64,000 bases of DNA from Bilabrum cf. latius (taxonomy: Eukaryota): the NCBI GenBank assembly GCA_965178125.1, contig OZ237739.1:682001-746000 (forward strand), in the 5' to 3' direction. The position numbers were made by a program, and so were the translations under genes. Shown piece by piece: positions 48,965 through 58,215 of this stretch (position 1 is the first letter of the stretch; every line of letters begins with the position of its first letter). Below the pieces are notes generated by a model that worked only from the letters and a program-made list of their open reading frames with translations, was not told the DNA's origin and did no database searches.

Positions 48965-49017
48965 AACCCGGGGTGCTTCGATGGCAACGAAGCATTTTAC
49001 CACTAAACCACCGCCGT
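48947..49017 (-). tRNA. tRNA-Gly(GCC): tRNA-Gly (anticodon GCC), 71 nt, no encoded CCA
   Basis: ACGGCGG/CCGCCGT acceptor stem; D arm TGGTTTAGTGGTAAAAT; anticodon arm CTTCG-TTGCCAT-CGAAG; T arm CCGGG-TTCGATT-CCCGG; discriminator A. Confidence 0.93.
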
Positions 49018-49204
49018 ATGTTATCACGGCGTCAAAAATGCGCTATAGAAATAAACAAAGTTGGTTACATGGTAGATGAGCCTTCTATCTTTGCCTCTCC
49101 TTGCTGCTGCACCAGATTTCAGCAGGCAGTCCCGCGTTTCAAGAGCACGGGATGCAAGCATCAGCCTCGTGAATCCAGATGCATAGAAATGAAGTAAACC
49201 AGCC

Positions 49205-50941
49205 ATGATTCGTTGCGTTTCGAACCGAGTCACGGCCCCTCCGGCCCGGGCGCTTCTGCGCCTGCGGTCTCGATCGCGCCTCTCTTGGCGGCGGCCCCCT
49301 TCCGCGTCCGGCCGCGCAAGCCGGTACGGTAGGAAGTATACCTCTGGTGCGACGTCTCTGGCGTCCCGCGTGTGCCACGTGTCGGTGTACTCCGATGCGG
49401 ACGGGCCGCTGCGGTCGTTCTTCCGGGACGGCCTGGAGCTGCCCGTCGTGGTGCCGCCGACGCCGTACGCCTACGGCGACGAGTCCTCCGACGACGACGA
49501 CAAAGACGACAAAGACGACGACAAAGAGGGAAATCCCGCGGGGGTCTCGTCGCGGCCGTCGGAGCTCCGGTTCGACCTGGAGATGTTCCTGCTCGGCAGC
49601 GGCACCGGCGTGGAGGTCTACCGGGACCCCGCCCTGCACCGCGCCCGCGCCGAGACGAGCCAGCCGCCGGGGAGCATCGGGAACGTCGCGCTGGAGGCTC
49701 CCTCGGACAGCACCGACACGGCCCACGCGCTGGTGGACAGGCACCTGATGGAGCTCCAGCCCAAGCCCGTGGTGTACCACGTCCCCGAGGACCCGGAGGC
49801 GAGGCGCGCGTGGCAGCGCCTGCAGGACTCGCTGCCCTCGCCGACCATGGCCGAGCGCGCGCCCCCCCCGCGCTACCAATCCCCAGCGGGGGACGGGGCG
49901 GCGGCAGGAGGAGCAGGAGCAGGAGCAGAAAGCGGCGGCGGCGGCGGCAGCACAGGCTCGCCGGGGCGGGTGCGGCCGCTCCCCGCGTGGCTCTTCCGGA
50001 AGCAGTGGGTCCGGATCGGCGGGGACAAGTACTCGCTCAACGACGAGGCCGTGCAGGCGGCGGCCCGGCTCGGGGGCGCCATGCCGCCCTGCGGGTACCA
50101 CTTCATGTGCCAGTGGCACCCCGCCTTCGCGTACCGCCCCAGCCGCTGGAGGCTGGAGGCGCTGGACGGCCTCCCCGTGGGGGCCCTCGGGATCACCGGT
50201 TGCAACCGGATCACCTGGGTGGTGGACGACCCCGACGGGGAGGCGCTGGACCCCACCCGCAACGGGGCCCTCGCGGGGACGGAGGGCGAGGAGGAGGCCA
50301 TCGGCGGGTCGGCCCCCTCCATCGCCGCCCTTGCGCTGCAGTGGAGCAAGCTGAACCACGCCTCCTGGCAGAGGAGCGCCAGGGAACTAGAGGTGAGGAT
50401 GCCCGCGGGGGGTCCCAACCTGCACTACGTGGCCGCGGGGGGGGGGGCCTCAAGCAGGCTCAAGGAGAGGGTCGGGCGCATGCTCGGCTGGGAGTGCGCC
50501 GTGTACTCGCTCGAGCACGCGTGGGCCGCGCTGCGGAGCAAGGGCCTCGAGGGCCTGGCCGTGCCCGGGGCGAGTTCCAGGGGCAGGCTGGTGCTGGCGC
50601 TGGACGCCGTGGGCGGGACCGGCCTGGAGATGCACCTCGTCCCGCAGTCGCCCGCGCAGCGCCGTGCCACCCTTGCCTCCGAGGGTGCTCTGCGGCAGCT
50701 GGAGGCCCAGGGGCAGGAGGGCGCCGTGGGCATGGCGCTCGCCACGGCGGACGGGAGGGGCCGGCGGGCGCACCGCGTGTCGGCGCCCCTGCCCGAGGGC
50801 CTGCAGAGGAGCATCGAGGAGGCGGCGAGGGCGGCGCTCGAGCGGCTGGAGGTCGGTGAAGGTGAAGGTGAAGGTGGCCGAGCTGGGGGGGCGGCGAGGG
50901 CGCGGCTCGCGGCAGGCAATGGGGGCGGGCGGGTCCAATGA
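49205..50941 (+). CDS. Hypothetical protein (578 aa)
   Basis: Uninterrupted ATG..TGA ORF with very strong GC3 bias and protein-like composition; Arg/Ser-rich N-terminus (possible organellar presequence); no family recognised; no TAG codons. Confidence 0.7.
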   Translation: MIRCVSNRVTAPPARALLRLRSRSRLSWRRPPSASGRASRYGRKYTSGATSLASRVCHVSVYSDADGPLRSFFRDGLELPVVVPPTPYAYGDESSDDDDKDDKDDDKEGNPAGVSSRPSELRFDLEMFLLGSGTGVEVYRDPALHRARAETSQPPGSIGNVALEAPSDSTDTAHALVDRHLMELQPKPVVYHVPEDPEARRAWQRLQDSLPSPTMAERAPPPRYQSPAGDGAAAGGAGAGAESGGGGGSTGSPGRVRPLPAWLFRKQWVRIGGDKYSLNDEAVQAAARLGGAMPPCGYHFMCQWHPAFAYRPSRWRLEALDGLPVGALGITGCNRITWVVDDPDGEALDPTRNGALAGTEGEEEAIGGSAPSIAALALQWSKLNHASWQRSARELEVRMPAGGPNLHYVAAGGGASSRLKERVGRMLGWECAVYSLEHAWAALRSKGLEGLAVPGASSRGRLVLALDAVGGTGLEMHLVPQSPAQRRATLASEGALRQLEAQGQEGAVGMALATADGRGRRAHRVSAPLPEGLQRSIEEAARAALERLEVGEGEGEGGRAGGAARARLAAGNGGGRVQ

Positions 50942-51092
50942 TGCCGGGGTTGTTTCTCTGCCACGGTGGGTGGTGCTAGAGACCGGGAGGCGGTGGGAGT
51001 TCAAGGTGCGGAGCGGAGGCGGGCTTGGTGGGGGGCTTGGTGGGGGGCCGCGTCGCGCGCCCGGGAAAGACGGGGTGCATATGCGTGTTGGG

Positions 51093-51363
51093 GTGTGGGC
51101 GGGGGAATGCGAAGAGGGGAATTGTGTGGTTGAAGGAATGTGGGCGGGGGAATGCGAAGAGGGGAATTGTGTGGTTGAAGGAGCGTGGGCGGGGGAATGC
51201 GAAGAGGGGAATCGTGAGGTTGAAGGAGCGTGGGCGGGGGAATGCGAAGAGGGGAATTGTGTGGTTGAAGGAATGTGGGCGGGGGAATGCGAAGAGGGGA
51301 AGTGTGTGGTTGAAGGAGCGTGGGCGGGGGAATGTAAAGAGGGGAATTGTGTGGTTGAAGGAG
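51093..51363. repeat. 45-bp G-rich minisatellite, ~6 copies (plus ~2.3 copies at 52225-52328)
   Basis: tgtgggcgggggaatgcgaagaggggaattgtgtggttgaaggaa repeated with few substitutions. Confidence 0.95.
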
Positions 51364-53214
51364 TGAGGCTGCTGCCAAGGGCAAGTCTTGGTGGGCTGGC
51401 CTGACGGTGCACAGTTTGAGGAGTGTTGCAAAGACAGAGACTGCTTGCTGCGTAATGCGCGCCAAGGGCACATATCCGAGTTGCGAGTGGTAATATCCAC
51501 ATCAACGGCCGTATAACCAAAGCATACATCGAAATCACTGCCGCACAGCAGGCTAGGCACCTCGCACACGAGCAAGCCAGCAAGCCCGGTCACACCCAGT
51601 CGACGTCCTCCCCGGCGTCCCTGTCCGCGGCCTCCTGCATCATCCTCTCAAACTCCTGCTCCTTGCCCGGCGGCGGCAGGAACTGCACCATGGCGATCTG
51701 CGCCTCGAACTGCTCCCCCGTGGGCCCGTGCTTCACCCCAAAGCTCCCGTCCATGCGCCCCGACGGCGCCGCCAGCCGCACCCCCGATGCGTACTCGAAG
51801 CACTTCCCCGGCTCGAGCACGGGCTGGTGGCCCACCAGTCCGGGCGAGCCCCTGGGTACCTCCACCTTGCCCCCGTCCTCGTCCACGAACCTGAGGTGCC
51901 TAGACCGCACCTGCACGGGCACGCTGCCCACGTTGCTCACCCGCACGCGGTACGTGTAGGGGAAGCTCGGGGCCTCGTGGGACCGCAGGGCAAGCGACTC
52001 TTGTGCGATGCCACTGCCTCCGCTGCCGCTGGTGGACGAGGAATTCGATTCCTTCTGCTGCGAGTCGTCGTCTTGCTGCGACTGCTTCCTGCCCTGCTCC
52101 GCCGCTCCGTCCGATGCCCGGCTCTGTTCAGCCCCAGCCCCTCCTCCTGGCTTGGCCGTGGTACTGCCCAGTGGGCGTCCCAGCCGCACCTCCCGCCTGC
52201 CCCCCGGGGCCTCCCCGCTGCCCATGTGGTTGAAGGAATGTGGGCGGGGGAATGCGAAGAGGGGAAGTGTGTGGTTGAAGGAGCGTGGGCGGGGGAATGT
52301 AAAGAGGGGAATTGTGTGGTTGAAGGAGTGAGGCTGCTGCCAAGGGCAAGTCTTGGTGGGCTGGCCTGACGGTGCACAGTTTGAGGAGTGTTGCAAAGAC
52401 AGAGACTGCTTGCTGCGTAATGCGCGCCAAGGGCACATATCCGAGTTGCGAGTGGTAATATCCACATCAACGGCCGTATAACCAAAGCATACATCGAAAT
52501 CACTGCCGCACAGCAGGCTAGGCACCTCGCACACGAGCAAGCCAGCAAGCCCGGTCACACCCAGTCGACGTCCTCCCCGGCGTCCCTGTCCGCGGCCTCC
52601 TGCATCATCCTCTCAAACTCCTGCTCCTTGCCCGGCGGCGGCAGGAACTGCACCATGGCGATCTGCGCCTCGAACTGCTCCCCCGTGGGCCCGTGCTTCA
52701 CCCCAAAGCTCCCGTCCATGCGCCCCGACGGCGCCGCCAGCCGCACCCCCGATGCGTACTCGAAGCACTTCCCCGGCTCGAGCACGGGCTGGTGGCCCAC
52801 CAGTCCGGGCGAGCCCCTGGGTACCTCCACCTTGCCCCCGTCCTCGTCCACGAACCGGAGGTGCCTAGACCGCACCTGCACGGGCACGCTGCCCACGTTG
52901 CTCACCCGCACGCGGTACGTGTAGGGGAAGCTCGGGGCCTCGTGGGACCGCAGGGCAAGCGACTCTTGTGCGATGCCGCCGCCTCCGCTGCCGCTGGTGG
53001 ATGAGGAATTCGATTCCTTCTGCTGCGAGTCGTCGTCTTGCTGCGACTGCTTCCTGCCCTGCTCCGCCGCTCCGTCCGATGCCCGGCTCTGTTCAGCACC
53101 AGCCCCAGCCCCAGCACCAGCCCCAGCCCCTCCTCCTGGCTTGGCCGTGGTGCTGCCCAGTGGGCGTCCCAGCCGCACCTCCCGCCTGCCCCCCGGGGCC
53201 TCCCCGCTGCCCAT
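51260..53214. repeat. Tandem segmental duplication: 51260-52224 (965 bp) and 52225-~53214 (~989 bp)
   Basis: Near-identical sequence at offset 965 (e.g. 51590 vs 52555); the copies differ by a few substitutions and a 24-bp Gly-Ala repeat indel. Confidence 0.9.
51590..52225 (-). pseudogene. Duplicated 3' half of the ApaG-domain gene; intact 211-aa ORF (partial duplicate or new short gene)
   Basis: ATG at the duplication junction (MGSGEAPGG...), ApaG core intact, TGA at 51592-51590. Confidence 0.6.
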
Positions 53215-54078
53215 CGGACGGCCCCCACGGGAAGAAGCAGCCCCTCTCGACCCGTCCCCGCTGTAGTTCCGGTTTTGATCCGACCCGTGGCCTCCCCCCG
53301 GGCCTCTGCCCCCGAGGGCCTGCTCGTGGATGGCAGCGGCCCGCAGCGCCTCCGCCATCCGCTCGTTGTACTGCGTGCTCACCTCGACTCGCACCCCGCG
53401 CGTGGTCGCGACCGAGTGCGTGTGCTTGGCCGCTGACTCGGCGCGCAGGATTCGGAGCGCTTCAAAGGCCCTATCCACGGGGTTGCCGCGGGGCGGAGCG
53501 GCCGCGGCCGCCGCCAAGGGTTTCAACGACAAGTGCGACTGCGCAGCTGCGCTGCGAGCCTCTTCCATGATGGCGGCTGCGACTAACGCGCCGCTGTAGG
53601 CGCCATTGGGCAACTGCGGCGTCTGGCCGCCTGTGCGGCCCGGCGGATCGTCCGCTGCTGCGTGCTGGCTTGGCTTGCCTGCGCCGGCCGAGCCGAAACC
53701 AAGCCGGGCTCGAGCAATCGTTTGCATCGGATACTCGCAACGGCTGTCGGACAAAATTTCGCCCCGCAACGCTCTTTGCGCTCGCTCTGATTCGAACATT
53801 TGCTCCAGCCGCGCCCCGACCTCCTCAGTCGGCATGAAGCGGTGCCGCCCCCACCCCGCGTGGTGGTACTCTCGAATCGGAGCATGCACAGCAATACGAG
53901 TTTCTTTTAGGGCGGCTCGGAGTAGGGCCCGTAGGACTGCTCTGCCGGTGCGAGCCTCCGCGTCAGCCACTGACGGCACTGATGCATCGGTCGTCTTCGT
54001 GCGCGCTCCGTGGGAAACGAGGGAATTATTCAGCGCAAAGAGCTTTCCAGTTGCGCGAGAAAGCCTGCGACGCCACAT
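52555..54078 (-). CDS. ApaG (DUF525) domain protein (~507 aa) with split ApaG domain and N-terminal extension
   Basis: TTRGVRVEVSTQY ... YTYRVRVSNVGSVPVQVRSRHLRFVDEDG..EV..GSPGLVGHQPVLEPGKCFEYASGVRLAAPSGRMDGSF matches ApaG; ATG 54078, TGA 52557-52555. Confidence 0.85.
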   Translation of the reverse strand: MWRRRLSRATGKLFALNNSLVSHGARTKTTDASVPSVADAEARTGRAVLRALLRAALKETRIAVHAPIREYHHAGWGRHRFMPTEEVGARLEQMFESERAQRALRGEILSDSRCEYPMQTIARARLGFGSAGAGKPSQHAAADDPPGRTGGQTPQLPNGAYSGALVAAAIMEEARSAAAQSHLSLKPLAAAAAAPPRGNPVDRAFEALRILRAESAAKHTHSVATTRGVRVEVSTQYNERMAEALRAAAIHEQALGGRGPGGGHGSDQNRNYSGDGSRGAASSRGGRPMGSGEAPGGRREVRLGRPLGSTTAKPGGGAGAGAGAGAGAEQSRASDGAAEQGRKQSQQDDDSQQKESNSSSTSGSGGGGIAQESLALRSHEAPSFPYTYRVRVSNVGSVPVQVRSRHLRFVDEDGGKVEVPRGSPGLVGHQPVLEPGKCFEYASGVRLAAPSGRMDGSFGVKHGPTGEQFEAQIAMVQFLPPPGKEQEFERMMQEAADRDAGEDVDWV

Positions 54079-54976
54079 GCGTGGCTCTTCCACAGGTACT
54101 TCTTATCAGTCGAAAGCAACCGGGCAAGAAAGCCACCATGACAGTGTTACTGCTCCGGATCCGCCATCGCAGGCTCGCAACGCTGCTGGTCGTCACGCTG
54201 CACGCACGCTTGTGCAGCAGCGTCCACGCTTGTCTTGCGAGGCCATTGTCACACTACATCGTGTTTTGATTGATGGGGTGCTGTGTGCATGGCATGAGCC
54301 GTCCAGTCCCGCATGCACGTTGCATGCAAAATGCCGCGTGCCACGCGGTGGCTGGCTAGATCCATGTCCACTGCCATGCTGTTGCAGGAGAAGCACAAGC
54401 GGACCGCTGGGGAATCGTGAAGCAGCCTTCGGCTGGACCGGACGGTGGAGCAAGGGCCCGGACCGGCGGCCAAGGGACGTGGGGAGGAGGCAGCCATGCA
54501 TTGGTCTCCTCACGGAAGGTGCACCACTTTTGGAGTCATCCCCTATTCTTCAGGTGGCCGTAAAGAGCCACTGGGGCCACTGCTAAGACTCATGAAGCAG
54601 GTCAGCTGCGGCTGCAATCGCAGCGTCCATCGTGCCAGCCCATGGCGACCCCCAACCCGTCAGTCCACCAGGTGCACGCCCTGTCCGCATGCCGCATGAC
54701 AGTCAAAGCAGAGAGGGTCAGAGGGCGAGTGGCCACAGGTCACTCACCACAACGCTGTGTCCGTTCTGAACCTCACCAAACTTACCTGCAATATGCTCCT
54801 GCGACCAGAGTACCTGGGTGAGCTGGGTTGCGACCAAACCAAACCAAAGGCTAAATATCGTATCCTCGGTAAGGTGCATTTTGTGGTCTGCGCTTGCAAG
54901 ACACGAGGACCATTCTGCAAGTCGCATGCAGGACACGGGGACCATTCTGCAAGTCTTCATAAAGAGTGCGGCAAAC

Positions 54977-57479
54977 ATGCATTTCGCTCAAGCATCATGC
55001 GGTGCAGCGTTATGCGTTCTTCTCTTGATTGGTGCTGCGTCTGGAGAGGGTGTCTTGAACTGCACTCATTTGCTCGGTGTTGACTCCGCTCTGGATGGAA
55101 ACGTCGAACTCGATTCGACAATCGAGTACACTGTTGAACATAAAGTTGTAGACGATCGAGTGCTGGTGCGTCTGAGCGCCAATCACGATGGTTGGCTTGG
55201 ATTTGGCATCGCAGAACAGGTGAGCGACTAAGATCACGGAATTCTGCGACGTCCCTCGCACTTCTGTGTATCCTGGTGGCATGATTTGATTTGCTGCTGG
55301 CGTTAATCGACTTGATACGCGTCTATGCGATGGAAATTTGGCTTTGTGGAGGAGAATCAAGCAGGAACGCCTGGCTCGTATGGCGGTGGGTTGGGCGATT
55401 GTTGCGTTTGACTCTGGGCACGGGCTGGGTCGCAATCTGGTTTATAGCAGACATTTCTCCGGCAAGCTCGCCTAAGTCTTAAAGTCCAAAGTTAGTTGGT
55501 GGACAAAGCACTGAAGATTTCTCATTTCGCAGACCAGCGGACACATGAAGGGTTCCGATCTAGTGACGGCTTACGTCACAGATAGTGGCGCTGTCCAGGT
55601 CCAGGACAGGTACGCTCCTTTCGTTCCCGTTGCGTACGACAACGTCACTGGAGCAGCGTCCTATCCGGGGCTCACTGCGATTGCAGATGACCGCAACGAC
55701 TGGACTATCGAAAACGGATTCCGGTCATCTGACGGGTACATGCGGATCGAGCTGAGCCGACCCCTGGACACGAACGACACGCAAGACCGCCCCATCGCAA
55801 CCGGCCCACAGAGGATCGTGTGGGCCTGGGGCAGCTCAGGCGCAGTGGGATACCACGGCAGCCATCGCGGCACCGGAACCATCGAGTTCGTCCCAGCGGC
55901 AGGGAGTGCTTCGGCCGCCAGGCAAGTGCTTGATCAAGACGCGTCGGCGCTGGACGAAAAGCCCAGCCCAGCGGAACTCGTAGGGCGCCGCGCATCCTTC
56001 CAGCCAGAGCAATCACCGATCCCCCCGCACGACGGGTACTGGGACATCAACATGAAGGGCTACGAGATCCCGAACTAGCGCACCACGTACGCTTGCCAGG
56101 CGGCCTACCTGCCCACGGACAGGAAGAGGCACGTGGTCGCATTCAGGCCCATCATCCAGGAAGAGAACACCAAGCTGGTGCACCACGCCATCGTGCACAT
56201 CTGCACAGGGAACACGACCTACTTCAGGGACCACTTGGCACCGATGAAGTGCGGGGGGGACGACAAGCCGGGGCAGGGTCTGTCCCCCCTCGGCGACCAG
56301 TCCTCCAGGTGCTCGGGTCTCATGTACTCGTGGGCCGTGGGGCACGGTGACTGGGTGCTGCCTGATCTGGCCGGCCTGCCCGTGGGGCCAGACTCAACGG
56401 ACATATCGCAGATCATCCTGGAGATGCACTACGACAATCCCAGCGTGATCCAGGGACGCGTGGACAGCAGCGGATTCCGGGCTTTCTATTCCGAGTCTCT
56501 CAGGGAACACGACGCAGGCGGCATGACGCTCGGAGATCCGCTCGTCAGCATGGACGACATCCCGGCAGGCCAGAGTCGCGTGCATCGCCAGGCGACCTGT
56601 CCCTCCGCCTGCACTGCAGGTTTCAACGAGACTGTGACCGTCTTTGCCGAGTTCCCTCACGCGCACTACCACGGCAGGCAGCTGTACTCGGAGCTGTACA
56701 ACGAAGACGGTGACTTCCAGCGGGTCACCACCCGGATCGACTACTGGGACAACGGATTCCAGCAGATGCTGCAGGGCTCGTCTTTCCACGAGTACCAGAT
56801 CCGGCCAGGGGATTCCCTGCAGACACACTGCGTCTTCGACACTTCGGCATCGCCCACGGCGGTGCAGTTCGGCATAGAGACGCGCGACGAAATGTGCATG
56901 ATATTCCTGTTCTTCTATCCGGCGCAATTTCGCGGCATCGATGCGAGCGGGCAGCCCGCCAGCCTGTCCAACTGCGGCCTCGCCGACAACAACAATCAGG
57001 TGTCCGCGTGCGGGGGCCTCTCCCAGGTGCCGATCTCGGATTATTTCCTCCCCTTCACGCAGCTGGACAGGCAAGCCATCGATCCTGAGGCCACGGATCG
57101 TTTCGGAGCCGTAACAGTTCCCGGACCAGGGGAGCCCACCGAGGCGGATGCCTGCAGCGGGGTGTACTCGACTGAGCACAACCCTCCCGGGGCGGATGGC
57201 GGTGGCAATGGCCACCAGTCTACTGATGACTCACCAGGGCCTCTACAAGCCGGGGGGATCGCGGTAATTGCTGTGGGGGCTGCTATATTGCTCTTCGCGG
57301 TGGTGGGAGTGCTTGTCCTGGCGGCAAAGGCTACTGCAGATGACGCCTACTACTTGGCGTCCGCTGGAGGCACCCCTGGATCGACCAACATACAGAAGGG
57401 GGCCGTACGTTCCGAACGTGCCCACGCGGGACAGCTGTCCGAGGAGCAGTCTGATGCAAGGCCGCCAGAGTCGGTGTGA
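54977..57479 (+). CDS. DOMON + copper type II ascorbate-dependent monooxygenase (DBH/MOXD1-like, ~729 aa) with signal peptide and C-terminal TM; exons 54977-55219 and 55533-57479
   Basis: GWLGFGIAEQ|TSGHMKGSDLV (DOMON); SRPLDTNDTQD; IVWAWG..YHG; IPN*RTTYAC; LVHHAIVHIC; LEMHYDNP; DSSG; PHAHYHG; DEMCM (Cu ligands). One TAG at 56076; TGA end. Confidence 0.9.
55220..55532 (+). other. Spliceosomal intron (313 nt, phase 0)
   Basis: GTGAGC...TTTCGCAG; removal reconstitutes the DOMON GxGxxxxxxxMxGSD motif. Confidence 0.85.
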
Positions 57480-58215
57480 GCTGGACCCTGCTTCGCCCTT
57501 GGCCCATGGGTGCAGTCGCAACCATTTAAGTCGAACAAATCAACACACTGTATGCTAATGACGCGCATACCTTCTTTGTGTTTTGGAGAGGGGCGGAGAT
57601 TGTGCAGTTTTGTTGCCCACCCTCCCAACCCCGCGTGCTCGGCGGGGTTGTGCGAGTGCTCTTGCAAGTTCCGGCCAAAGGTCGCGCACACGCACAGCTT
57701 TGCTAGGTCTTGCCATGCTTGTTTGATTTAGAGACTAGGTTTTGCGCGCACCCTATGGCATCGGGGACCTAAATCGCACGGTATTCCAACGTTGTCGAAT
57801 GCTTTGTGATTGCGAGTGCTTTATCATTGGACGCCCGAAAGGACTAGTGTTTCAAGATTTCTCTTCTCTATCTGTACCCCTGTCATCGCGAATGGCTGTC
57901 GCCCGCAATCCTAAGAACTTTTCCGCCATGCTGCCCGGCGTCTGGCATCTGGCAAGACCTTCAGTCACCTGGACGTAAAGGGGTCCCAGAGGTGAAGGCC
58001 TAGCTGGCTACTAGGAGGTAGCAGGACGAGGTATTGGTGGGTCGCCCCTTTCCGCTCCTATTGGCAGCCCAAGTTGCTTGTTTTCGCAACACAAAGATAG
58101 TGCTAAATCAGATTTCCCACCGAATCCCGCCACTTGAGATGCCCGATTTGAAATTGTGTGCTCTCTGGTTCCTTACAATATGGTTTATTAACTCTATCTC
58201 GTGAGGTGCATGTAA

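Noticed and set aside
48947-49017. Suppressor tRNA(CUA) explaining the code
   Set aside because: The anticodon loop is TTGCCAT (GCC, Gly). I saw no CUA tRNA in this window.
45499-49027. Many overlapping ORFs in the tandem array
   Set aside because: Unit lengths vary and are mostly not multiples of 3, so frames shift between units. These ORFs are by-products of a GC-rich repeat.
50664-52558. ORFs reading through the 45-bp minisatellite (WAGECEEGNCVVEG / FPRPRSFNHTIPLFA repeats) and the 322-aa ORF 51590-52558
   Set aside because: The repeat lies between convergent stop codons and is open in several frames only because 45 is a multiple of 3. These ORFs have non-ATG starts or overlap real genes.
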